A DNA stretch of 63,817 nucleotides from Patescibacteria group bacterium (GTDB taxonomy: Bacteria; Patescibacteriota; Minisyncoccia; Minisyncoccales; GWA2-38-27). Shown here in pieces: positions 29,089 through 37,378 of this stretch. The notes under the pieces are model-generated. The model ran no database searches and had not been told where the DNA came from. It saw nothing but the letters and a program-made list of their open reading frames with translations. Every line of letters begins with the position of its first letter. Within the stretch, counting starts at the first letter, position 1. Location of the stretch: contig JAHJSY010000041.1 of assembly GCA_018830125.1 (NCBI GenBank), positions 1 to 63,817 on the forward strand. Reading direction: 5' to 3'. The translations under genes were made by a program, and so were the position numbers.

Positions 29089-29300
29089 GGCTCATCTATG
29101 CCCCCTGGATTCCAGGGGTTACATTTTAATATTCTTTTAAAGCCCAGCCAGATTCCCCTCCAAGCTCCGTGTTTTTTAATCGCTAACACACAATAATTCG
29201 AACAGCTTGGATAAAAACGACAATAGATACCTAGTAGATTTAATAAGGGCGAAAGAGTTTTTTGATATATTTTTATTAATCCTAAAAAGATTGTCTTCAT
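29085..29300 (-). CDS. yidD: membrane protein insertion efficiency factor YidD
   Basis: YQKTLSPLL..CRFYPSCSNY signature. 71 aa. Confidence 0.9.
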   Translation of the reverse strand: MKTIFLGLIKIYQKTLSPLLNLLGIYCRFYPSCSNYCVLAIKKHGAWRGIWLGFKRILKCNPWNPGGIDEP

Positions 29301-29632
29301 ATCAGTCCTGATTTTTTAAAAAGAATATCTATTGTTTTTTTAAGCTCTTGAAAGTCAGCTTTTGTTTCTGGATTAACAATTATTGCAACATCTAATCCTT
29401 TTATAACTTCTTCAATTCTTTCTTTGACAACCTCTCTCAATATTCTTTTAATTCTATTTCTTTCTACGGCTTTTTTAGAAAATTTCTTACTAACAATAAA
29501 ACCAAAACGACTTGACTGTAAGTCGTTCTTGTTGATCCTCAAATATAAAGAACCTTGCTTAAAACTTTTGCCATTCTTAAAGATCTTCTCAAAATCCTTT
29601 TGCTTCTTGAGGCGATTTCTAAAAGATAGCAT
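29297..29632 (-). CDS. rnpA: ribonuclease P protein component
   Basis: 111 aa, basic. KAVERNRIKRILRE motif. Lies between rpmH and yidD. Confidence 0.85.
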   Translation of the reverse strand: MLSFRNRLKKQKDFEKIFKNGKSFKQGSLYLRINKNDLQSSRFGFIVSKKFSKKAVERNRIKRILREVVKERIEEVIKGLDVAIIVNPETKADFQELKKTIDILFKKSGLI

Positions 29633-29635
29633 ACA

Positions 29636-29770
29636 TTAAACAGTAAGCTTTTTTCTTCCTTTCAAGCGACGATTTTTTAAAACTCTTTGACCACCCTTAG
29701 TTGACTGACGAGCTTTAAATCCGTGCGTTCTTTTCCTTTTTTGTTTTTTGGGATTATATGTGATACTCAT
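29636..29770 (-). CDS. rpmH: 50S ribosomal protein L34
   Basis: Not in the ORF track because it is only 44 aa. My translation: [44 protein letters not shown]. Classic position 5' of rnpA. Confidence 0.9.
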   Translation of the reverse strand: MSITYNPKKQKRKRTHGFKARQSTKGGQRVLKNRRLKGRKKLTV

Positions 29771-29796
29771 ATCTAATATCTTAGCATATTAACAGA

Positions 29797-29817
29797 TTGT
29801 TAACAACTTGTTAACAA
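29797..29817. promoter_or_regulatory. two TTGTTAACAA palindromes upstream of the dnaA promoter
   Basis: Copies at 29797..29806 and 29808..29817, 11 bp apart. They lie just 5' of TTGTGC-17-TATGAT (29821..29849, TGG extended -10). Confidence 0.4.
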
Positions 29818-29862
29818 AAGTTGTGCTTTGCTTTTAGTTTTGGTATGATAGAATAAAATATC

Positions 29863-31212
29863 ATGATAAATGAAGAATTATGGCAAGCAGTTCTTGCTCA
29901 GATACAATTAAATATTTCTCAAGCTAATTTCTCTACTTGGTTTAAGAATACTGAGATAACATCTCAAAAAGGAGGCAAGGTTACCGTTTTGGTTCCCAAC
30001 TCTTTTGCCAAAGAATGGCTTGAAAATAAATACAATAAAAATATTTTGAAAGTTCTTCATGATATGGATGGCAATATTAAAGATGTTGATTATAGTGTTG
30101 GTAAAACAAAGTTAGCCATATTTAAAAAAGAGCCAGAAATTCTTGAAGAGACCAACCAACTTGATTTCCAAGAACTTAAAGTCAACAAAGACACGAACCT
30201 TAACCCTAAATATACTTTTGATTCTTTTGTTGTTGGTCCATTTAATGAATTACCTCATGCCGCCAGTATCGCTGTTTCCCAAAAACCCGGTCTTGTCTAT
30301 AATCCTCTTTTTATTTATGGAGGCGTTGGTCTGGGTAAAACTCATTTACTTCAGGCCATTGGAAATGAAATCAGCAAAACCCTTAAAAAGAAAAAGATTG
30401 TATATATATCCTCTGAAAAATTCGCCTCGGAAGTTGTTTCGGCAATTAGAAATCACACGATGGAAGCATTCAAGGAAAAGTATCGAGCCATGGATGTTTT
30501 GATTTTAGATGATATTCAATTTCTAGCTGGAAAAGAAAAAACTCAAGAAGAATTCTTCCATGTTTTTAATGTCCTCTATGAAAATAATAAACAAATTATA
30601 CTTTCTTCAGACAGACCGCCCAAAGCCATTAATTCTTTAGCTGAAAGATTGAGATCTCGTTTTGAAGGTGGAATGATCGCCGATGTTAGTTCCCCAGACA
30701 TAGAAACAAGAATGGCTATTTTGAAAACAAAGGCTCAAGAGAAAAATGCTGACTTTCCCGATGAGGTCTATCAATATATCGCTTTCTCTATTCAAAAAAA
30801 CATCAGAGAGCTAGAGGGGGCTTTAAATCGCCTAATTGTTCACCAGAAAATAAGTAACCAGAAAGTTGATCTTGAATTAACAAAAACCTTATTTAAAAGC
30901 CTGCTTTCTTCTCCTAACAGAGTTATAACGCCCAAGAAGATAGTTCAATGCGTTGTTGAGTTTTATGACCTTAAAGAGAGAGATTTATTAACATCTTCTA
31001 GAAAGAAAGAGATTGTTAAGCCAAGACAAATAGCAATGTATTTATTAAGAGAAGAATTGAAAAGCTCTTTTCCCTTTATTGGTAGAAAGTTTAATGGAAA
31101 AGATCACACAACAGCCATCCACTCTTACAAGAAAATATGCCGATGTGTCCAAACAGATAAAAGATTAGAAGAAGAAATAGAGTTAATAAAAGAGAGGATA
31201 CACACTAGTTAA
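29863..31212 (+). CDS. dnaA: chromosomal replication initiator DnaA
   Basis: Walker A GGVGLGKTHLL, LILDDIQFL. C-terminal DNA-binding KPRQIAMYLLRE..DHTTAIHS. Confidence 0.97.
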   Translation: MINEELWQAVLAQIQLNISQANFSTWFKNTEITSQKGGKVTVLVPNSFAKEWLENKYNKNILKVLHDMDGNIKDVDYSVGKTKLAIFKKEPEILEETNQLDFQELKVNKDTNLNPKYTFDSFVVGPFNELPHAASIAVSQKPGLVYNPLFIYGGVGLGKTHLLQAIGNEISKTLKKKKIVYISSEKFASEVVSAIRNHTMEAFKEKYRAMDVLILDDIQFLAGKEKTQEEFFHVFNVLYENNKQIILSSDRPPKAINSLAERLRSRFEGGMIADVSSPDIETRMAILKTKAQEKNADFPDEVYQYIAFSIQKNIRELEGALNRLIVHQKISNQKVDLELTKTLFKSLLSSPNRVITPKKIVQCVVEFYDLKERDLLTSSRKKEIVKPRQIAMYLLREELKSSFPFIGRKFNGKDHTTAIHSYKKICRCVQTDKRLEEEIELIKERIHTS

Positions 31213-31226
31213 AACGCTTAATAAAC

Positions 31227-31337
31227 TGTGGATAAAATTGGCTTAAAGTTTATCCACTAAAATAGACCCACCTTTTCCTACGAATTTTAGACGCTTTATC
31301 CCCAATATAAGTAAGAGTAAAATAAAGATTTTCCACA
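31227..31337. promoter_or_regulatory. DnaA-box cluster (probable oriC) between dnaA and dnaN
   Basis: TGTGGATAA (31227..31235, perfect, reverse). TTATCCACT (31250..31258), TTATCCCCA (31296..31304) and TTTTCCACA (31329..31337) each differ from consensus at one position. The surrounding tract is AT-rich. Confidence 0.7.
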
Positions 31338-31385
31338 ACACTAATAACAATAATAAGTTAAATATATTTATTAATTACTATTATT

Positions 31386-32516
31386 ATGAAACTACTAATT
31401 CTGCAAGAAAAATTAAAACAAGGGTTAAATATCGTTGAAAGGATTTCATCTAAATCATTAACCCTTCCAATATTAAATAACATCCTTATTAGCACAGAGA
31501 AAAACTTTCTTAATTTATCGGCTACTGATTTAGAGATTGGTGTTAGGTGGTGGGTTTTAAGCAAGGTAGAAAAACAAGGAAGCGTTACTATTCCTTCTCG
31601 CTTATTGTCTAGTTTTGTGAACTTACTTCCCAATGGTAATGTTGCTCTTGAGAGTAAAAATAATAACTTGTCTGTAAAAAGTGATAATTATAAAACAGAA
31701 ATAAAAGGATTAAGTGCCGAAGAGTTTCCAATTATCCCAACCATTGCTGATGGCGAGTCAATTTCTCTTGATAGTTTGACTTTCTGTCGGGACTTAAATC
31801 AGGTGGCTGATATTCCCGTTCCCTCTACAACTAGGCCAGAGATTTCAGGAATCTATTTTTCGTTTCAGAAAAACACAATTACCATAGCAGCTACAGATAG
31901 CTTTCGCCTTGGAGAGAAGAGAATTTTTCTTAAAAGTAGTTCGTCTTTAACTAAAGAGTATTCCTTAATTCTTCCTCAGAAAACAATAAAAGAAATAGTT
32001 AATATTTTTAACGAAAAGCCAGGAGAGCTTAAGATGTATTTTTCACCGAATCAGATTATGTTTGAATGTCCGATGGAAGAAACCAGCCATCCTCAAATTC
32101 AAATAATATCTAGATTGATAGAGGGAGATTATCCTAATTATAAAGAAATTATTCCTAAAAAATATACTACTAGATTAATTTTGGATAGAAATGAATTTCT
32201 TAATCAAGTCAAAACAGCTAGTTTATTTAGCGGAAAGGTTAATGAGATAAAAATCAAAGTAGAGCCAAAATCTAAAAAGGTGAATATTTCAAGTCGGAGT
32301 TCTGAGCTCGGAGATCATCAATCATTTATAACGGGGAAAATAGAGGGAGAGCCAGTGGAAATTTCATTTAATCACAGATTTTTATTAGATGGATTGCAAA
32401 GCATTAAAACCCCTGAAGTTATTTTTGAATTAAATAATGATTCTGGTCCAGGAGTATTAAAGTCCCCCAACGACGAAACTTATCTCTATGTCGTCATGCC
32501 CATCAAAGCCACTTGA
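31386..32516 (+). CDS. dnaN: DNA polymerase III beta sliding clamp
   Basis: 376 aa with three-domain length. Motifs at the start of the protein, and the dnaA-dnaN synteny. Confidence 0.93.
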   Translation: MKLLILQEKLKQGLNIVERISSKSLTLPILNNILISTEKNFLNLSATDLEIGVRWWVLSKVEKQGSVTIPSRLLSSFVNLLPNGNVALESKNNNLSVKSDNYKTEIKGLSAEEFPIIPTIADGESISLDSLTFCRDLNQVADIPVPSTTRPEISGIYFSFQKNTITIAATDSFRLGEKRIFLKSSSSLTKEYSLILPQKTIKEIVNIFNEKPGELKMYFSPNQIMFECPMEETSHPQIQIISRLIEGDYPNYKEIIPKKYTTRLILDRNEFLNQVKTASLFSGKVNEIKIKVEPKSKKVNISSRSSELGDHQSFITGKIEGEPVEISFNHRFLLDGLQSIKTPEVIFELNNDSGPGVLKSPNDETYLYVVMPIKAT

Positions 32517-32541
32517 CAAATATATTATTGCATGATATAAT
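32513..32541 (+). promoter_or_regulatory. consensus sigma-70 promoter TTGACA-17-TATAAT with TGn
   Basis: TTGACAAATATATTATTGCATGATATAAT. Shares TTGACAAATATAT with the promoter at 33793. Confidence 0.65.
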
Positions 32542-32597
32542 GAAACCATTAAAAATAAAATAAACAAACAAAAGTTTCTTAGAAAGGAAGGAAGGAA

Positions 32598-32825
32598 ATG
32601 ACCGAAAAAAGAATGAAACAGTGGCTTTTGTGTGCTATAGTAATTTATTTTCTAGGTGTTGCAACGGGAGCAACATTCAAGGTAGTTTACACGCAAGCAC
32701 AAGTAGTTCCTGACACATATGTCATGGAACTTCTCGAGAAACCCTTTAGCGAGGAACAAGGGGCCGAGATAGCGATGACTGTGGCTCGCATAGATAATGC
32801 AAACGAGCCGAATACGGGGCAATGA
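32598..32825 (+). CDS. small membrane protein (75 aa), G+C-richer than surroundings
   Basis: SD-like GGAAGGAAGGAA 5' of the ATG. One TM helix. No family recognised. Confidence 0.45.
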   Translation: MTEKRMKQWLLCAIVIYFLGVATGATFKVVYTQAQVVPDTYVMELLEKPFSEEQGAEIAMTVARIDNANEPNTGQ

Positions 32826-32966
32826 AAGGGTGGTAACCCCACTCATTTTGCAACAAGGCGGAGAGTTAACAAAACTCCCTGCCTTTTATATTTCCCTTCA
32901 ATTTTTACTTAAAATATGGTATAATCAAGCCATGAAGCAAATAAAATCATTAAAGATAATCCATAT

Positions 32967-33188
32967 TTGATTTGGTATACTAAAAATTACGATAATCTTT
33001 CAGACGAATCGGTTGTTGAGGTTGTGCTCAATTATGGCAATTGGCATCATTTTGAAAAATTGATTAAAGTTTTAGGGATTAAAAAAACAGCAAAAATATT
33101 TAAGAAAGAATCTAATAAAAAAAGATCTAATTTCTACCCAGAGGTTAAAAATTATTTCACTCTTTATTTTAATAAATATGCTAAATAA
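32967..33188 (+). CDS. hypothetical protein (73 aa), possibly 5'-damaged
   Basis: TTG start in the track. An out-of-frame ATG ORF (32932) ends where this one begins, which suggests a frameshift. Confidence 0.3.
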   Translation: MIWYTKNYDNLSDESVVEVVLNYGNWHHFEKLIKVLGIKKTAKIFKKESNKKRSNFYPEVKNYFTLYFNKYAK

Positions 33189-33564
33189 ATTTCATCCAGA
33201 GGTTTTTACTAAAGAATGGAATGAGTTTTTGCCCTTGATTAAATTGTTTCCCAAAGAACTTAAGAACAAGAAGCCCAATCTTTTAACCCTAGCATCCATG
33301 AAAGCGTTTGCTCTGGGTGGTAGAAATAAATGGAAAGATTATGTGGATATGTATTTTATCTTGAAGGATTATTATAAAATTAGCGATATTGTTAAAGAGG
33401 CTCAAAAAAACTTTGGTTCAGAATTCAACGAAAAATTATTTAGAACCCAACTATCTTATTTTAAAGATATCAATTATTCCGAAAAAGTTATCTATGCGGA
33501 TGGGTTTGAAGTAGATGATAAAGAAATAAGAAAATCCCTAATAGAATTTAGCCTAGAAAAATAA
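33178..33564 (+). pseudogene. AbiEii/nucleotidyltransferase-toxin-like C-terminal fragment
   Basis: LASMKAFALGGRNKWKDYVDMYFIL resembles the C-terminal part of AbiEii-type NTases. The N-terminal catalytic core is absent. Confidence 0.35.
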
Positions 33565-33663
33565 AAATAATCAGCTTTTTATTCAAATAAATCCGTCTAG
33601 GTCCGACCTAAACGGATTTTATCGTACAGTTAAGGTGTAAATAAAAATTAGGAATATAGTAAA

Positions 33664-33682
33664 AAAGTGACTCGGTCACTTT
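33664..33682. repeat. palindrome AAAGTGACTCGGTCACTTT
   Basis: Same element as 45027..45047 and 45054..45072. Confidence 0.85.
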
Positions 33683-33792
33683 GTGATTGATAGATACTCT
33701 TTTATTCCTTGGTGCTTCTTAAAAAAGCTATAGCAACCTTAAGAAGCAAGTTAAGTTAAAACGACATTTTAGCTAGAAGACAACAATAAAAT

Positions 33793-33821
33793 TTGACAAA
33801 TATATAGATATGTGATACAAT
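33793..33821 (+). promoter_or_regulatory. promoter TTGACA-17-TACAAT with TGn
   Basis: TTGACAAATATATAGATATGTGATACAAT, about 100 nt 5' of the SPFH gene. Confidence 0.55.
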
Positions 33822-33922
33822 TAGGGCATTAGAAAGTGAAAATCAAGAAGTATTTCTTGGTTTGAATGATTAGATCATTGGCAAGTTAATAATAGTAAGC
33901 AAAATATAGAAAGGGCATACTA

Positions 33923-35044
33923 ATGGACGAACAAAAAAACAATCAGCAAGAACAGCAAGAAGAGGCTCGGCCGGGGAGGCGAGCCACAGCACAAATAGAA
34001 GCAATAAAGAGTGATATGGAAAAGGTCACAAGAACGGTAAATTTATTAATCAAAATTACTGTATTTGTGGTTTGCGTTTGTTTGATACTTGGAGGTATTT
34101 ATTTTCTTTTCAAGCAATGGATTATCGTTTGTGTCTTTTGCACTCCCGCGGTCATAGTGTCGTTGCTTTTTCTTGGCGGATTAATGGTTGTTAGGCCCGA
34201 AGAGAGATTTTTGATCGAGTTTTTGGGACAAGCATATTGTGTCAAAAAGCCTGGTCTAAGGTGGGTTTCTCCTATATTAATGCGCAAAAGAATGGTCGCT
34301 TATACTTGGAAACAGCCAGTTGATTTGTTTCCCGAGAGGCGATATCCTAACGGAGTGCATATCGACCTTAAAAAAGGTGGAAAAACTCAATTAGTCGAAC
34401 CTATTTTGTGGGTTCGGATGGATCATGTTGGTCAAGATCTTGAAGGCGAAAGTGTGTTGCGGATGGCCTACAGTGTTGATAATTGGAAGGAAGCAGTGAC
34501 AGAGGGCGGAGAAGACGCCTTACGTACCTGTCTTAATAATCTCATGGTTGAAGAGGTGCTTTCTGCTACACATGACTCTAGTAGAGCATCGTGGTGGGAG
34601 GCAGTGAGAGAAAACTTTCCAGCACTAGAAGAGGTCATCAAGAGTTATGGTCTTGTGCCGGTCAGTCTCACTATCAGTGATTTCAATTGGGATCCAGCCG
34701 TTGTGGCATCAAGACAGAAAGTTTTTGAAGAGGAAAGGTCGATTGCAGTTGCCGAGCTTAGCAAAAAAGCTGCCAAAGACGAGGTTGCTCAACAGGCCAT
34801 GGAGTTGGGTGGCAAGTATGCAGAAATGGTAAGGATTCTAGCTCAAAAGAGGTACGGAGGAGATATGGGAAAGGCAGAGAAAGCTGCGATGGAATTAATG
34901 CGACTTGACAAGGCAGCACAATCAGGGGGCTTAATACAAGCGCTATCTGATGGTGACGGCTTATCTTCATCTGTGATATCTTTTATCACCTCAATCGCTA
35001 AAAGCATTCAGGGGAAAGAAAAAACAACAAATTCTGAAGAGTAG
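33923..35044 (+). CDS. SPFH/band-7 (stomatin/flotillin-like) membrane protein
   Basis: Two N-terminal TM helices. VRPEERFLIEFLGQAYCVKKPGLRWVSP is the SPFH-domain entry motif. Ala/Glu-rich coiled C-terminus. About 43-52% G+C in two 60-nt lines counted. Confidence 0.7.
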   Translation: MDEQKNNQQEQQEEARPGRRATAQIEAIKSDMEKVTRTVNLLIKITVFVVCVCLILGGIYFLFKQWIIVCVFCTPAVIVSLLFLGGLMVVRPEERFLIEFLGQAYCVKKPGLRWVSPILMRKRMVAYTWKQPVDLFPERRYPNGVHIDLKKGGKTQLVEPILWVRMDHVGQDLEGESVLRMAYSVDNWKEAVTEGGEDALRTCLNNLMVEEVLSATHDSSRASWWEAVRENFPALEEVIKSYGLVPVSLTISDFNWDPAVVASRQKVFEEERSIAVAELSKKAAKDEVAQQAMELGGKYAEMVRILAQKRYGGDMGKAEKAAMELMRLDKAAQSGGLIQALSDGDGLSSSVISFITSIAKSIQGKEKTTNSEE

Positions 35045-35070
35045 AAATAAAAAGAAGATGTAAAAATCTT

Positions 35071-35096
35071 AAAGAGATCACTCAGGTGATCTCTTT
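35071..35096. terminator. bidirectional terminator AAAGAGATCAC-TCAG-GTGATCTCTTT
   Basis: 11-bp perfect stem between convergent genes. Confidence 0.75.
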
Positions 35097-35118
35097 TTAT
35101 ATCTTTTCTTGAATTCTT

Positions 35119-37362
35119 TTATTTTTTTGTTCCTGTTCCCGTCGTAGGTGTTTCCCTTTTTTTGCTACCTCCTGCTCCCGTTGTAGGTATTTTTGTTGCC
35201 CCTTTTTCCCGACTCCCCGTTGTAGGTGTCGGTTTTACAGTTACTTTAGGTGGTTGTGTGCCTATGCCGAGTGGTCCCATTCCAAGCCCAATTGCTGGCG
35301 AGCTTGGCGTAGTTGTTGTAGGTTTTTCTTCTACATATCTTGCCCTTCTGTATCCTCTATCTTGAACTCTCTTAGAATTTAGTGCTTTAAAGCCAGCATT
35401 GCCCCCGTATTTTTGTTCAGTTTCTTTTTCGTAATCTTTCCAGATTTCTTTAAAGGTTTCTGACTCTACAGCGTTTCCATCTTTATCTGTGCGGTCAGAC
35501 AATAGTTCTGTGATTTCTGACTCACTAAATCCAGAGTTTTTGATCGTAGAATGATTTCTAGCAAATCCTGAGAAATCACCATCCATGCTTTCGTGGAATG
35601 TTTTCTGGCCATTTTTAACTTGACGATTAAGTTGTAACATTCTATCCTCTTCAAAGTTTGCCAAAACAGAACGTAACTGATCTTTATCCTTAAGCTCTTC
35701 TGGCTCCCAGTCTTTGATATGTTCTCTGGCTTCATTGGTAGCTTTTGAAACAGCCATTTCGGGAGACATTCCTTTGTAGCTACCAATGCCATACTTGGCA
35801 GCTATTTTAGCTAAACGAGGGTCTCTTCTTAAAGTAGATCCTAGCATGCCGGTATCTCCAGCATTTTTTAACAAAGGTGCCATAACTTTTCCAAATTGTT
35901 TATCGTTTACTATTTCTTCATCAGACAGACCTTTCCACCTACTAAAGCTTCTGGCTCTATTAAACAGATCTTGGGCATCATTTCCCTTAAGAAGCTTAGA
36001 ATAATATCCCATGGCTTGAGCTCCTTTAACTTTTTGAGTTAATATCTTGTCGGCTGTTTCTAGTCCCGATTCGCCCTCTGCTTCTTTAGCCGCTGCATCT
36101 ATAGCAGGCCTTAAGTTTCCAAAGTCAGAGACTGCTTTCGGAGTAGCCCACTTGAAGGCAGCAAGGGGTTTTATTCCTGTGCCTGTCGGATCCCAATTTC
36201 CAATTCTTCTTGTAAATCGACCTGTTTTTGCCGCAGCACTTCTTAACTTTCTTTCAAGCACTGGTCTTGCTCCACGTCCAACTTTTCTAGCACCTTCTTT
36301 TGCTCCCCATCCTATAGCCCCGGTTGCTCTTTTTCTGCTCCACTGGGCGGCTCTTATAGCCGATGAAGAGCCGAAAGCAGTGGCCTTAAGGCCGATAAAG
36401 AAGCCGAGATAAATAAAAGCAGCTATTACGAAATAGGGGAAAGATTGGTCAACAAGACCAACAATTGATGCTTCTGCTCCGGGGATTTTAACTTGTGATT
36501 CAAACCGCCCCTTTATTACTGGTATGGCAGTTGCTGCTAAATAAAGGAAAAAGGCCATTGGAATACCAATAATTGACCATTGAATAAGTTGTTTCCACCA
36601 CATATCCCAAACTTTTTTAGTGGCAGGAAGAATCCAAGCAACAAAGGCCAAGGGAGACAAAATAACTAAAAGCCAAATCATAATATATCTAAGGACAAAA
36701 ACAAAAACCATAAGTAAAAAAGCAAGACCAATAGAGAAATACAAACCCATCATAATAGCTCCCTTCACAAGCAACGAAAAAGGTTTTAGCGTACCCGGTC
36801 TTGTAAGTGCTCCTGCTAGTGACTCATTACTAACATCTGTTAGAGCTCCAGATATGTCATTTCTAATTCCTTGTAGGAAAAAGTTCATTGTAATGTTTGA
36901 GGCGTCAACAATTACCCCGCAAATAACCGGAGCAAAATTTACCAACAGAGCAACGACGAATAGTCTTAAAAAAGTCTTTTGAGATGCATACTCTTTTAGT
37001 TGTAAGCTAATAGAAATAGCAATAAAAATTAAAACAACAACTAATCCTAAATTAACAAAGTTTTTAGTAATGTCTAGCCCAGCAGCAACGATTGGATTAG
37101 CATTATCTCCCGATGGATTAGTATAGCTAAAACTTATAAATTCAGGACTGACTACCCAATCTAAAAGAGATCCTGCTATTTGGGCGAAACCAGCACTAAG
37201 ATAAACAAATGCTCCCATAACATGACTTACTATTGTAACCCCAAGATTATCTACAGCATCTTTAAGTGCTTGCCATTGAGCATTAGCCGAAAAAGGAATA
37301 ACAAGCACAGCGATAATTATTAAACAAGCGATAGTTATAGTTAATTGTTTTTTTATTCTCAT
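35119..37362 (-). CDS. polytopic membrane protein, VirB6/TrbL-like (putative), with hydrophilic C-terminal domain and Pro/Thr/Gly tail
   Basis: 747 aa. Signal/TM start, at least 6 hydrophobic helices in the first ~330 aa, then a soluble region ending in TTTPSS..TPTTG repeats. Last gene of the four-gene operon. Confidence 0.45.
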   Translation of the reverse strand: MRIKKQLTITIACLIIIAVLVIPFSANAQWQALKDAVDNLGVTIVSHVMGAFVYLSAGFAQIAGSLLDWVVSPEFISFSYTNPSGDNANPIVAAGLDITKNFVNLGLVVVLIFIAISISLQLKEYASQKTFLRLFVVALLVNFAPVICGVIVDASNITMNFFLQGIRNDISGALTDVSNESLAGALTRPGTLKPFSLLVKGAIMMGLYFSIGLAFLLMVFVFVLRYIMIWLLVILSPLAFVAWILPATKKVWDMWWKQLIQWSIIGIPMAFFLYLAATAIPVIKGRFESQVKIPGAEASIVGLVDQSFPYFVIAAFIYLGFFIGLKATAFGSSSAIRAAQWSRKRATGAIGWGAKEGARKVGRGARPVLERKLRSAAAKTGRFTRRIGNWDPTGTGIKPLAAFKWATPKAVSDFGNLRPAIDAAAKEAEGESGLETADKILTQKVKGAQAMGYYSKLLKGNDAQDLFNRARSFSRWKGLSDEEIVNDKQFGKVMAPLLKNAGDTGMLGSTLRRDPRLAKIAAKYGIGSYKGMSPEMAVSKATNEAREHIKDWEPEELKDKDQLRSVLANFEEDRMLQLNRQVKNGQKTFHESMDGDFSGFARNHSTIKNSGFSESEITELLSDRTDKDGNAVESETFKEIWKDYEKETEQKYGGNAGFKALNSKRVQDRGYRRARYVEEKPTTTTPSSPAIGLGMGPLGIGTQPPKVTVKPTPTTGSREKGATKIPTTGAGGSKKRETPTTGTGTKK

Positions 37363-37378
37363 ATTATGTTATGGCGTT

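Noticed and set aside
30143-30502. 119-aa ORF in the same direction as dnaA
   Set aside because: It is out of frame inside the well-supported dnaA coding region, including the Walker A segment.
35162-36982. Four plus-strand ORFs (35162..35365, 35786..36004, 36047..36412, 36620..36982) and one minus-strand out-of-frame ORF (35466..35792)
   Set aside because: All are shadows inside the 747-aa minus-strand gene. Their products are low-complexity Pro/Ala/Ser/Leu strings without starts preceded by RBS-like sequence.
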